A stretch of 34,635 nucleotides of DNA from Candidatus Micrarchaeota archaeon (GCA_043813365.1 JBDRLB010000044.1:1-34635), one strand, 5' to 3'; counted from the first letter of the stretch, positions 20,336 to 29,208 are shown. The notes: generated by a model not told the origin, from the sequence alone. A program made the numbers and translations.

Positions 20336-20378
20336 ATTGCATCGATCGAACATTGAAAATTTGGAAAAAGTGGTAAAC

Positions 20379-20678
20379 ATGGAAATGCAGGTTTTGGAGG
20401 AAAAAGCGAACGACGTCCTGGGAAGGCGTGAAATCATAGTGAAAATCCCCGTGGAAAGCACTCCCTCGAGGAAGGATGTGATGAAGGCGCTGCAGGCGCA
20501 TTTCACTGCCGCGGAGGAGCAGATTGTGATCGATAAGATTGAGCAGCCTTTCGGCACGAAATCGGTGAAAGTATTTGCGAAAATCTACGGGAAGGCGGAG
20601 GATGCAAAGAACGAGCCCGCTTACAAGGGTAAGAGGGGCGTTGAGGAGAAGAAAGCATCGGCCGAAGAAAAAAAATAG
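20379..20678 (+). CDS. rps24e: 30S ribosomal protein S24e
   Basis: NDVLGRREI, TPSRKDV, IEQPFG, AKIY. Confidence 0.92.
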   Translation: MEMQVLEEKANDVLGRREIIVKIPVESTPSRKDVMKALQAHFTAAEEQIVIDKIEQPFGTKSVKVFAKIYGKAEDAKNEPAYKGKRGVEEKKASAEEKK

Positions 20679-20698
20679 GATAGTTTGGTGATATGATC

Positions 20699-20839
20699 AT
20701 GTCGGATGCGAAGAAGAAAAAGGAATTCAAGGCGTACGTTTTCAATAAGAGGAAGTGCCCCAAGTGCGGCGGCAACCTCGCAAGCCATCCGGAAAGGTAC
20801 GGCTGCGGGAAGTGCGGCTACATGGAGAAGAAGGGCTAG
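20699..20839 (+). CDS. rps27ae: 30S ribosomal protein S27ae (not in ORF track)
   Basis: MSDAKKKKEFKAYVFNKRKCPKCGGNLASHPERYGCGKCGYMEKKG*; GGTGA RBS; follows rps24e. Confidence 0.93.
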   Translation: MSDAKKKKEFKAYVFNKRKCPKCGGNLASHPERYGCGKCGYMEKKG

Positions 20840-20846
20840 CCTTGCC

Positions 20847-20867
20847 CCTTTCTTTCGGAAAGAAAGG
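20847..20867. terminator. Inverted repeat after rps27ae (terminator or REP-like hairpin)
   Basis: CCTTTCTTTC-G-GAAAGAAAGG, 10-bp perfect arms. Confidence 0.45.
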
Positions 20868-20969
20868 TGCGATGGCGCCGCGCCAAAGAAACGATTAACC
20901 TTCAATCATATTCCTGATTATTCCACCAACGCGGTATTTTTTATTTGGGACTCCCATAAGTGTGCTTGC

Positions 20970-21641
20970 ATGAAAATCATCACAAAGGATTATGTGAAGC
21001 TCGCGATCCATCAGGTAGGAAAAATGATGGAGCACGTCCCAAAAGGGGAGCGCGTGCTCGACATTGGTGCGGGCCCGGGGCTGTTCAACCATCTTTTCAG
21101 GAAGAAGTTCGAATGGATCGTGGCGCTCGACAAGTTCGGGCCGCCGAAGCGCAAATATAAAAGCAGGAAGGACCGCGAGAGGAACAAATGGAAGGAGAAA
21201 TACGGGCAGAACGATGCGGACGAGAAGATCATTTTCGATATAGACAAATTAAAGCCAATGCCATTCAGGCCGAGGTCATTCGATTTCATTTTTGCCTCCA
21301 ACATCATCGAGCACCTAAAGCACCCGTTCCATTTCGAGAGGGAAATATTTAGGCTGCTCGGGCCCGGCGGAATGGCGCTCATAATAACTCCGAAGAGGAA
21401 ATGCCTGATCGCATATTATGACAAATTATTCAAGGGCGGCTACAACGGATGGGATGACGACCATAAAATCCTATACCAGCCGCAAGAGCTGGGGAGGGAG
21501 CTGAAAAAGAGGGGTTTCAAAATCGTGAAATACATGCCCACCGGAATCCTGTTCTATTACGTTGCGGCAATACCCCTTCTGGAGCCGCTCAATATGGGAA
21601 TAAGCCTGCTTGTGCAGAAACCGGTTGATGGGAGGAAGTGA
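20970..21641 (+). CDS. Class I SAM-dependent methyltransferase
   Basis: VLDIGAGPG, FDFIFASNIIEHL, RLLGPGG.ALIITP. The upstream extension in the ORF track overlaps rps27ae and is spurious. Confidence 0.88.
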   Translation: MKIITKDYVKLAIHQVGKMMEHVPKGERVLDIGAGPGLFNHLFRKKFEWIVALDKFGPPKRKYKSRKDRERNKWKEKYGQNDADEKIIFDIDKLKPMPFRPRSFDFIFASNIIEHLKHPFHFEREIFRLLGPGGMALIITPKRKCLIAYYDKLFKGGYNGWDDDHKILYQPQELGRELKKRGFKIVKYMPTGILFYYVAAIPLLEPLNMGISLLVQKPVDGRK

Positions 21642-21650
21642 AATCGTGCC

Positions 21651-21920
21651 ATGGCATCAATAAAACAGCTGGAAAAGGAAATCGCGGAAATAAAATTGCG
21701 AAATAAGAGGGTGGAAGCGGACAAGGCATGGGAAACCAGCTGGGCGAGGAGAATCCTGCTCACTAGTTTCACCTATTTGGCGATCGGATTTTACCTCGAT
21801 GCGATCAGATTGCCCAACCCGTGGCTGAATGCGATCGTGCCTGCGGTTGCGTTCATGCTCTCCACGCTGACGCTGCCTTTTTTCAAGGGGGTCTGGATTA
21901 GCATCATGTACAAAAAGTAA
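21651..21920 (+). CDS. Small conserved-type membrane protein
   Basis: Coiled N-terminus RNKRVEADKAWETSW, then two TM segments. Confidence 0.75.
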   Translation: MASIKQLEKEIAEIKLRNKRVEADKAWETSWARRILLTSFTYLAIGFYLDAIRLPNPWLNAIVPAVAFMLSTLTLPFFKGVWISIMYKK

Positions 21921-21952
21921 TTAAGCCGCCAATGCTAATTCTCTTGGTTTAA

Positions 21953-22624
21953 ATGTGGGTAGCTAAGCTGAAATTCTGGCACGCGAACTCTTATGTTACG
22001 GAGAAAACAAGGCAAGTACAGGCGGTTTTCACGAGCTACTATTTGAACACTTATCAGGAAGGGGATGTCACATACATTACTAGGGTGGGGCTTGTTTTTG
22101 GGAGGGATTGGGAGAAGCTGATGAAAACCATCGTTGCCGACCCCCGCGTCGAGGTCCTCAAGGCTCAGGGAAGGCAGGTGATATTCAAGATGCCTGCAAA
22201 CCGTGCTTATCATACAATTTTGCTGGATGGGAGCGTATTCCAGCTGAGGCCGCCCATAGCGAAAGGCGGGTATGAGTTCTGGGAAGTAGCTGCCATGGAC
22301 AAGAAGCGCATCCACCATGTCGTCCAGAGGATGAACAAGGATAAAAAGGTCGCATGGGCGGAAGTGCTTAGCTTGAAGGAAAAGGACCTCGATTTGTTCG
22401 TGCCGAGCGCATTCTCGAAACTCACGGAAAAGCAGCGATGGGCATATGAGATGGCGTGCAAATACGGCTACTATTCCTACCCAAGGGAGAATGATCTGGA
22501 GACCGTTGCAAAGAAGATGAAGGTGCCATTCAGCACGTTCCGCGAGCACCTGAGAATTGCCGAGAGCAAATTGCTGCCAGCATTATGGAAATTCCTGACA
22601 CCGGATGTGGACGAGATGGAATAA
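21953..22624 (+). CDS. HTH-10 (bacterio-opsin activator type) transcriptional regulator
   Basis: C-terminal LTEKQ...A..YGYYSYPR..DLETVAKKM....TFREHLRIAESKLL. Confidence 0.9.
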   Translation: MWVAKLKFWHANSYVTEKTRQVQAVFTSYYLNTYQEGDVTYITRVGLVFGRDWEKLMKTIVADPRVEVLKAQGRQVIFKMPANRAYHTILLDGSVFQLRPPIAKGGYEFWEVAAMDKKRIHHVVQRMNKDKKVAWAEVLSLKEKDLDLFVPSAFSKLTEKQRWAYEMACKYGYYSYPRENDLETVAKKMKVPFSTFREHLRIAESKLLPALWKFLTPDVDEME

Positions 22625-22742
22625 GAGGCAATTGCATTTTATTTTATCACCCGAAATCACCCCCTGATTGCAGATATTAACCCCAAATCCCATTTGCCTA
22701 CTATGAACCAGCCAAGCAAGCATGCCCAACCAATGCGCAACC

Positions 22743-22768
22743 TTTATATCAATGAATGTGCATCCATT
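22743..22768 (+). promoter_or_regulatory. TATA box plus imperfect palindrome (candidate TA autoregulatory operator)
   Basis: TTTATAT at 22743-22749, then AATGAATGTGCATCCATT (14/18 dyad match) and GGTGA before the ATG at 22784. Confidence 0.5.
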
Positions 22769-22783
22769 AAGCATGGTGATGGC

Positions 22784-23020
22784 ATGAACGTGAACCTGGG
22801 AGCGCCGTATGTGGCGATCATAAACAAGATCATTGAGAGGGGATATTCCGGCAACCAGACCGAGGCAATAAGGCAGGCGCTGCTTGCATACAACCGCGAA
22901 TTGGAGGAGGAGGAAGTGCGGCTGGTGAACAAGGGCATAGAGCACGAAATGCAGAAGATCAGATCCGGGAAAACAAAGCTTTATTCTCTGGATGAAATCA
23001 AGAAAAAATACTCGAAGTGA
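22784..23020 (+). CDS. Ribbon-helix-helix antitoxin (ParD/CopG-like)
   Basis: MNVNLG...IIERGYSGNQTEAIRQAL; C-terminal KLYSLDEIKK; overlaps the toxin start (GTGA). Confidence 0.8.
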   Translation: MNVNLGAPYVAIINKIIERGYSGNQTEAIRQALLAYNRELEEEEVRLVNKGIEHEMQKIRSGKTKLYSLDEIKKKYSK

Positions 23021-23286
23021 GGGAATTGGAAGCGCAGCTGCAGGCAGAAGCAAAGGAAGATTTGGAGGCGATGGAAGCCCAGATGCGCCGCATTTTCGTC
23101 AAGCATATGGTTAAAATTTCCCTAATGCCCCCTCGAAGGCACATGAAATTCGGGCTTCCGTTCAATGTTGAAAATGTGACGAAGCAGGCGAGGCTGATTT
23201 ACCAGATGGAAGACAACACACTTTACATTCTCCGGTGTTTCGCAACGCACAAGGAGTACGAGAAATGGTACAACTCCTTCAAGTAG
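23017..23286 (+). CDS. RelE/ParE-superfamily toxin
   Basis: AKEDLEAM...ARLIYQMEDNTLYILRCFATHKEYEKW; coupled to the antitoxin. Confidence 0.75.
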   Translation: MRELEAQLQAEAKEDLEAMEAQMRRIFVKHMVKISLMPPRRHMKFGLPFNVENVTKQARLIYQMEDNTLYILRCFATHKEYEKWYNSFK

Positions 23287-23310
23287 CACTAGCCCCCATT
23301 TTTTCCTCAA

Positions 23311-23340
23311 TAACCGCGCTATAGCGGCTAAAATTAAATA
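23311..23340 (+). promoter_or_regulatory. Palindromic site directly upstream of a TATA-like box
   Basis: CGCTATAGCG perfect palindrome (23317-23326) inside TAACCGC-N6-GCGGCTA, followed by AAATTAAATA. Confidence 0.5.
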
Positions 23341-23389
23341 AGAAGCGCCGGTTATATCACTACAATAAAAATTTTAAGAGGGGAGTGCT

Positions 23390-23482
23390 ATGGAGTTGCT
23401 TCAATTGTTATTCGGGTTGTTCCTGCTGAGCTCGATATTCGGCGGCGACGTGCCTTCCGACCATATTCCGATGTATCCATAA
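23390..23482 (+). CDS. 30-aa peptide (not in ORF track)
   Basis: MELLQLLFGLFLLSSIFGGDVPSDHIPMYP*, with a strong GAGGGGAG RBS. Confidence 0.6.
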   Translation: MELLQLLFGLFLLSSIFGGDVPSDHIPMYP

Positions 23483-23529
23483 GCAAGGGGGTAAATTCCT
23501 TTTTATTTCCGCTAATAGTAGGGATAAGC

Positions 23530-24987
23530 ATGGGGCTGGAAAAGATTTACGAAGACCACAATGCAGACCTGTTCCCGTTCTACTTTTACATCGATTGGTG
23601 GAGCAACAACCCGAAGCTGCTCAGACATAATTTGACCGAGAAAATCATCGTGATGAGGGAAGGCAGTGTTGCCTATTATGTCGATGAAAAGCACTACAAG
23701 GAGGTCGCGGAAGAGGTTTACAGGAAAATTTTCCAAGAAGGAAAGGACAGGCTGATCGCGAAAAAAACGCTGGAAATGGCGGAAAATCTATTTGCGTTTT
23801 GCAAAAAATTGAAGCAAACGGATTTTGGCGATAAAAACGATTCGTTCCTGCTGAAAGAATACAAGGATTACCACCAAATCATTACCGGGATGAATGAATG
23901 GGGGACGCCGTTCGGAGCTCTCGAGTACGGAAAGCATCAGCTTAGCACTGCGGGGCTTGAGGAAATTTTGGAAGCACAGGCGAAAAAACTCCACCTGAAG
24001 GAATCACCGAAAGAAGCAATGGGGACGCTTATGAGTCCCACAAAAGACACGTTCATGAGAAGGCTAAAGGGGGATGAATTGAAAGTTGCAGTTGAAATGA
24101 ATAAAAAAGGTCCGAAAAAAGCAATTGAAAAATTGTTTGATGCACTTATTCAAAATTACGAATGGATAAATTACGGCTACTCGGGCCCCGTGATGAGGCG
24201 CGAATATTTCATTTCCGAAGTCGCGGGAATCCTCAAAAAAGGCGACCCAGAAGGACAGCTTGAGGAAATGCATTTGGAATTCCCACAATTAAGGGAGAAC
24301 CAAAGGAAACTGGAGGAAAAATTCCAGCTGGACGGGGAAACGAGAAAACGGTTCGCGATCCTGCGGGAGTTCACGTTCCTGAAGAATTACCGGAAGGACG
24401 TCTCGTATTGCGCTTTCCATGCAGTTGAGAAATTGCAGATTGAAATTGCGAGAAGGCTCGGGCTGGGACTGAAGCAAATCAGGTATTTCACGTTAGAGGA
24501 AATCGAGGCGGCTTTTGAAGGGAAAATGAGGCTGGATGTGAATGAAGCCAATTCGAGAAGAAAATTATGCGTTTACCACCAGACTAGAGGGGCGCATTTC
24601 GTGTATTCCGGAAAAGAAGCCGAAAAATGGCTGGAAAAATTGCCGAAAGAAACGGAAACCGAAGAAACGGAAGAATTGCGGGGGCAGTGCGCTTCTCCGG
24701 GGAAGGCAAGGGGAACGGTAAAAATCATCCGGAACGCAAATGAGATCGTGAAGATGAATGAGGGGGACATACTGGTTTCGTTCTCCACCAACCCGCAAAT
24801 GGTTCCGGGAATGAGGAAGGCAGCCGCTATCATCACAGACCAGGGAGGGGTAACTTGTCATGCAGCTATTGTGAGCCGGGAGCTGAAAATACCGTGCGTA
24901 ATAGGGACGAAGATCGCAACGAAAGTGCTAAAAGACGGGAACAAGGTAGAAGTAGATGCGACAAACGGCATAGTGAGAAAATTATGA
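23530..24987 (+). CDS. PEP-utilising enzyme mobile (phospho-His swivel) domain protein without ATP-grasp domain
   Basis: C-terminal LRGQCASPGKARG...TDQGGVTCHAAIVSRELKIPCVIG...VDATNG; long helical N-terminal region. Confidence 0.9.
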   Translation: MGLEKIYEDHNADLFPFYFYIDWWSNNPKLLRHNLTEKIIVMREGSVAYYVDEKHYKEVAEEVYRKIFQEGKDRLIAKKTLEMAENLFAFCKKLKQTDFGDKNDSFLLKEYKDYHQIITGMNEWGTPFGALEYGKHQLSTAGLEEILEAQAKKLHLKESPKEAMGTLMSPTKDTFMRRLKGDELKVAVEMNKKGPKKAIEKLFDALIQNYEWINYGYSGPVMRREYFISEVAGILKKGDPEGQLEEMHLEFPQLRENQRKLEEKFQLDGETRKRFAILREFTFLKNYRKDVSYCAFHAVEKLQIEIARRLGLGLKQIRYFTLEEIEAAFEGKMRLDVNEANSRRKLCVYHQTRGAHFVYSGKEAEKWLEKLPKETETEETEELRGQCASPGKARGTVKIIRNANEIVKMNEGDILVSFSTNPQMVPGMRKAAAIITDQGGVTCHAAIVSRELKIPCVIGTKIATKVLKDGNKVEVDATNGIVRKL

Positions 24988-26462
24988 GATGGATCAAATT
25001 ATGGACGCATAGGCCATATGCGCCGACGATTGTTTTCCATGCGTTGAGGGCTACTGTGCAGGGATTGCCCAAGCACTTCCCAAGCAGAATCACGCTCGCT
25101 GCGTCTGCATGGGAAAATGCGATGGAGGAATACGTATTCCCGGAAAAGGAGTTCTCCGAAACTTCCGATGCACTAATCGAATGGGCAATGGAAAAGCGGG
25201 AGGAGGCGAATGAATTTTTCAGAATCGCGCACGATAAGTCCATCAGGATGCGGGAACATTCTGAAGGGCATAAGGGGAAGGCTCTTGCAAATATTGGGTC
25301 CGATGAGCTCATTTCTTTCCTTTAGGAGAACGTTAAGCAGTACGAGGATCTCTATTCATATGCGACCATCGCATCCCTCATCGGGTACAGGAAGGAAAGC
25401 CCGATGGATGCGAAAGCGGCAGGCATCCTGCGGAAAAAGTTGGAAAAATCGCCGGAAAAATTCGCGGACTATTACATTGCGCTTACGCGGCCCCCAAAAA
25501 GGCTGAAAACGCAGTTGATGGAGGCGGAAATATTGGAACTGGCAAATGAAGCCAAGAAAAAAGGAGTTACGGCTAGGGATGTCATTTTAGGCAGATATTC
25601 CCATCAGCTGCAAAAAATCGCAGATAAGTACGAATGGATTTCCTTCGACCTTTGCATCAACGTCGGCTGGAAACCCGGCCACTATGCCGACCTGGTGCTG
25701 GAGAGGCAGATGGCAGAAATTGATGCCGAACTCGAGTTCATCGGAAATTATGAAAAGAGAGTTGCGGACGAGTTCGAACGCATCTGCAAGGAACTTAAGC
25801 TCGCGGATGAGGAGAAGTCGCTGTTCGATTTCATACGGATGCTCGGTTATTACAAATGGGCGAGGGAGCACGAGTTCACGGAAGCATTCTACAACCTTGC
25901 GCCAATACAGAAGGAGTTAGGGGGGAGGTGCGGGCTGGATCCGGTTGAATCGGCCTATATTCTGCCGCACGAGTACCAAAATGCATTGAAATATCCTGAA
26001 AAATACCAACAAATTGCGAATGAAAGGATCAAAATGAGCGTCCTGCTGGTAAATAGGGAAGGGTACGAATTCCTTACCGGGAATGCGGCTGCCGAATACA
26101 TGAAAGGGATGGAATTCTTGGAGGAAAAAATTGAAAAGGATGTTTCCGAATTGAAGGGCATGCCCGCTTGCTCAGGAATTGCAAAAGGGAAAGCGAAAAT
26201 CATCAACACTGCAGCGGACATGCACAAAATGGGGAAGGGCGACATCCTTATCTCTGCTGCAACAACCCCGGACCTGGTGCCTGCGATGAAAAAAGCAGCT
26301 GCAATCATCACCAATGAGGGGGGGATCACCTGCCATGCTGCGATTGTTAGCAGGGAATTGAAAATCCCGTGCATTGTAGGGGTCAAGAACGCAAATAAAA
26401 TACTTAAGGACGGGGATGAGATTGAGGTCGATGCCAACAGAGGAGTGATAAGGAGACTCTGA
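24984..26462 (+). pseudogene. Second PEP-utiliser swivel-domain protein, interrupted by one in-frame TAG (25323-25325)
   Basis: ATGA overlap with the upstream gene. ORFs 24855-25325 and 25404-26462 share a frame; readthrough gives 492 residues, matching the 485-aa paralog. TNEGGITCHAAIVSRE is intact. Confidence 0.75.
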
Positions 26463-26465
26463 TTC

Positions 26466-27365
26466 CTAGAATCTCATCAGCTTCCGGTATTCCTTCATCC
26501 GTTTCTCTATTTCTTCAGGAGTGATTGAAAGCAGCTTGTTGACCGAAAAGTCCTCGATGCAGAAGGAGCCCATCAGGTTGCCGTATGCCATCGCTTCCTT
26601 CAATGTTTTCAGGGTGATTTTCCCTTTCCGTGCAAGGTGGCCGAGGAAGCCGCCGGAAAATGAGTCGCCCGCACCTGTGGGGTCGACGGTAACTTCGAGG
26701 GGATAAGCAGCAATCGGGAAAACCGCGTCCTTGTAAAAAAGGATCGAGCCGTGCTCGCCTTTCTTGATTATCACAACAGATGGGCCCATTTTGAGTATTT
26801 GCCTTGCAGCCTTGATGAGGTTCGGCGTATTGCATAGCATCCTTGCCTCGATGTCATTCAGCACAACGCAATCAACCTCCGCCATTGTCTTTTCGAGCTG
26901 GTGCTTCATGTTCTGGATGTAGTATTCGATTGTGTCCATCATCGTGAATTTAGGGGAGGAGAATGATTTCAGGACGGAGAGCTGCTTGTCGGGATGGAGT
27001 GTCCCCAAATAAACGAATTCCGCTGTTTTCGCCTCTTCTGGGACAACTGGGATGAAATTGTCGAAAATATCGATGTCCATGGCGTTCGTTTTCCTCGCGT
27101 ACATGTCGTAATCAAATGTGGAATCAAAGAAGAATGTTTTGTATTTATCACTTTTCTGCACCCCGGAGAGGTTCACTCCGGATTTCTCAAGAAGCTCCCA
27201 GTAGTGGTGCGGGAAATCGCTACCAACTGCGGAAACAACGGAAACGGGTGAGAAATGGCGCGCTGCTAAGGAGAAATAGCTTACGGAGCCTCCCAAAACG
27301 CGCTCAACAGTCTTGAAAGGCGTCCTTGTTGTGTCAAGCGCGATTGTTCCGGTTGCGAGGATCAT
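26466..27365 (-). CDS. PfkB/ribokinase family carbohydrate or nucleoside kinase
   Basis: LGGSVSY, LNDIEA, IKKGEHGS, DPTGAGDSFSGG. Confidence 0.92.
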   Translation of the reverse strand: MILATGTIALDTTRTPFKTVERVLGGSVSYFSLAARHFSPVSVVSAVGSDFPHHYWELLEKSGVNLSGVQKSDKYKTFFFDSTFDYDMYARKTNAMDIDIFDNFIPVVPEEAKTAEFVYLGTLHPDKQLSVLKSFSSPKFTMMDTIEYYIQNMKHQLEKTMAEVDCVVLNDIEARMLCNTPNLIKAARQILKMGPSVVIIKKGEHGSILFYKDAVFPIAAYPLEVTVDPTGAGDSFSGGFLGHLARKGKITLKTLKEAMAYGNLMGSFCIEDFSVNKLLSITPEEIEKRMKEYRKLMRF

Positions 27366-27401
27366 GGGATCACAAAGGATAAAGGCAAAACGGTTTAAAA
27401 A

Positions 27402-28724
27402 TCAAATTTCATGCGTCTCCCCTATTTTCGGAATTATCACTTCCAGCTCTTTTTTATCCTTTTCCGCCTGCTGCTCTATTCCGGATTTCAGGTCCGTCAG
27501 CTTCGAACCTTCGCCGTGCACGATGAAAACCGTCTCGAGCCCTTTAACAGCGCGCACAATTTGCAGCAGTTCGCGATGGTCGGAGTGGCCTGAGAGTTTC
27601 GCCTGCTCTATTTGCAAACCCAGCTCTATTTTCCTATCATCAACATTCAGCGTTCCGGAGCCGTCCAGAAGAGCGCGGCCGGGAGTGCCTTCGGCCTGGT
27701 AGCCGGTGAAAATGAGCTTGTTCTTCTTTTCCTTGCCCATCCTTTCCAAATAGCCGATTACTGGGCCGCCGTTGAGCATTCCGCTTGTCGTTACAATAAT
27801 GCACTTCCCAGCTTCGGTGACATCCGAGCGGTCCTTTGTTTTCGGGAGTTCATAGAAGGGGGATTTGAACGGGTCGTCATCGGATGTGAGAATGCGCTTC
27901 TTTATTTCATCCTTCAGGTAAAATGCATTGTGCCTATACACTTTGAGCATCTTCTTCACCATGCCGTCGATGAAAATGGGCACCTTTTCAAGCTGGCCGG
28001 AGCGCATGTAATTCTCGAGTATGAAAAGCACCTCCTGTCCCCTTCCGGTTGCGAAGGTTGGCACGATGACGCTGCCGCCTTGCTTGAGCGTCCTGTGGAC
28101 GGAATCAACAAACGCATTCGCGGAATCCTTAGAGGAGGGATGCTGGTCGGTTTTTGCGCCATATGTACTCTCAATGATGAGCACTTCCCCTTCAAGATTG
28201 CTGATGTCGGCCCCTTCCACCAATCTGGATTCGCGCGTGTTGATGTCCCCGGTATAGATGACCTTTTTCTTGTCGGAGAATTCGGTTATTGCCGCTCCTA
28301 ATATGTGCCCTGCGGGCTTGAAAGAAAGGGTTTTTGTCGAATCTTGCTGGCCGAATTCAAGGAGTTCCGTGTTCTTTAAAAGCTGGTCCACATTGCGGTG
28401 GTTATAAGGGGGGTTGACGGTGTTGAGGGAGAGGTAGTCCGCAAGCAGGATTTGGATGAGGTCGCGCGTGGGCTTTGTGAGCGTGACTTTGCCCCTGAAG
28501 CCGTGCGCATACAGAGCAGGCAAATAGCCTGAATGATCCATGTGTGCGTGGGAAAGCGCCACCCGATCCAGCTTCCTTATCTGGTGGTGGTCGAGCTGGG
28601 GGAATTCCTCGTCCTTGCTTTTAAGCTTCACGCCGCAATCAAGTAAAATGTTCTGTTTGCCCTCAATTAAGAAGCAGCTGCGGCCGATTTCGGAAGCCGC
28701 ACCGAGGAATGAGATTTGCGTAAT
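27402..28724 (-). CDS. MBL-fold beta-CASP ribonuclease (aCPSF-like) with non-canonical start
   Basis: ITQISFLGAASEIGRSCF...LLDCG, SHAHMDHSG, AGHILG, YTGD, ESTYG, GYQAEGTPG, SGHSD, VHGE. The frame begins ATT-ACG just after an in-frame TGA. Confidence 0.9.
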   Translation of the reverse strand: MTQISFLGAASEIGRSCFLIEGKQNILLDCGVKLKSKDEEFPQLDHHQIRKLDRVALSHAHMDHSGYLPALYAHGFRGKVTLTKPTRDLIQILLADYLSLNTVNPPYNHRNVDQLLKNTELLEFGQQDSTKTLSFKPAGHILGAAITEFSDKKKVIYTGDINTRESRLVEGADISNLEGEVLIIESTYGAKTDQHPSSKDSANAFVDSVHRTLKQGGSVIVPTFATGRGQEVLFILENYMRSGQLEKVPIFIDGMVKKMLKVYRHNAFYLKDEIKKRILTSDDDPFKSPFYELPKTKDRSDVTEAGKCIIVTTSGMLNGGPVIGYLERMGKEKKNKLIFTGYQAEGTPGRALLDGSGTLNVDDRKIELGLQIEQAKLSGHSDHRELLQIVRAVKGLETVFIVHGEGSKLTDLKSGIEQQAEKDKKELEVIIPKIGETHEI

Positions 28725-28803
28725 GGATCACCAATGGAATAAAACGAATGGGAAAGCGGAAAATAAGCAAAAAATGAGGGAACCCCCACTTTTACAGGCG
28801 GTT

Positions 28804-29208
28804 TCAGCCTGCAGAGGAGGCGTTCGAATTCACTTTTATCTGCCAGTCGAAAATCGGCGCAGGTATCCCTACCGAAAATGCGAGAAGGGTGCCGATTGCC
28901 ATGCCCGTTCTCTTGATTGAGTTCATGATGTTTTCCGCAAGTGCGGGCTCTATCTGCTTGTTCTTCTTCCAGCGGTCCTCGAAGTCCTTCATTTCCTTTT
29001 CAGAACCTTGCATGTGAAGCTCGCCTTCCATCGCCATCTTGCCCTGCTTTACCTTGTAATCTATCTCGTAAACGTATTTCAGGACGAGCATTTTCTGCCT
29101 CAATTCGACTGATTGGATGACGAGGTTGACCCCGAGGCTCGTTTGCACTACGGTATCCACGTATTTTTCTGCTGAAGTTTTTGTCAGCTTTCCACCGATT
29201 ATGTTCAT
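28804..29208 (-). CDS. Conserved-type archaeal hypothetical protein (possibly SecB-like fold)
   Basis: MNIIGGKLTKTSAEK...G.M.MEGEL...IMNSI...GIPAPI; fills the gap between known genes. Confidence 0.7.
   Translation of the reverse strand: MNIIGGKLTKTSAEKYVDTVVQTSLGVNLVIQSVELRQKMLVLKYVYEIDYKVKQGKMAMEGELHMQGSEKEMKDFEDRWKKNKQIEPALAENIMNSIKRTGMAIGTLLAFSVGIPAPIFDWQIKVNSNASSAG

Noticed and set aside
20706..20969. Long N-terminal extension of the methyltransferase ORF
   Set aside because: It overlaps the true rps27ae in another frame; the ATG at 20970 fits better.
25323..25325. Genome-wide TAG reassignment
   Set aside because: Conserved genes here (rps24e, rps27ae, PIN, PfkB) end at TAG at their expected lengths.
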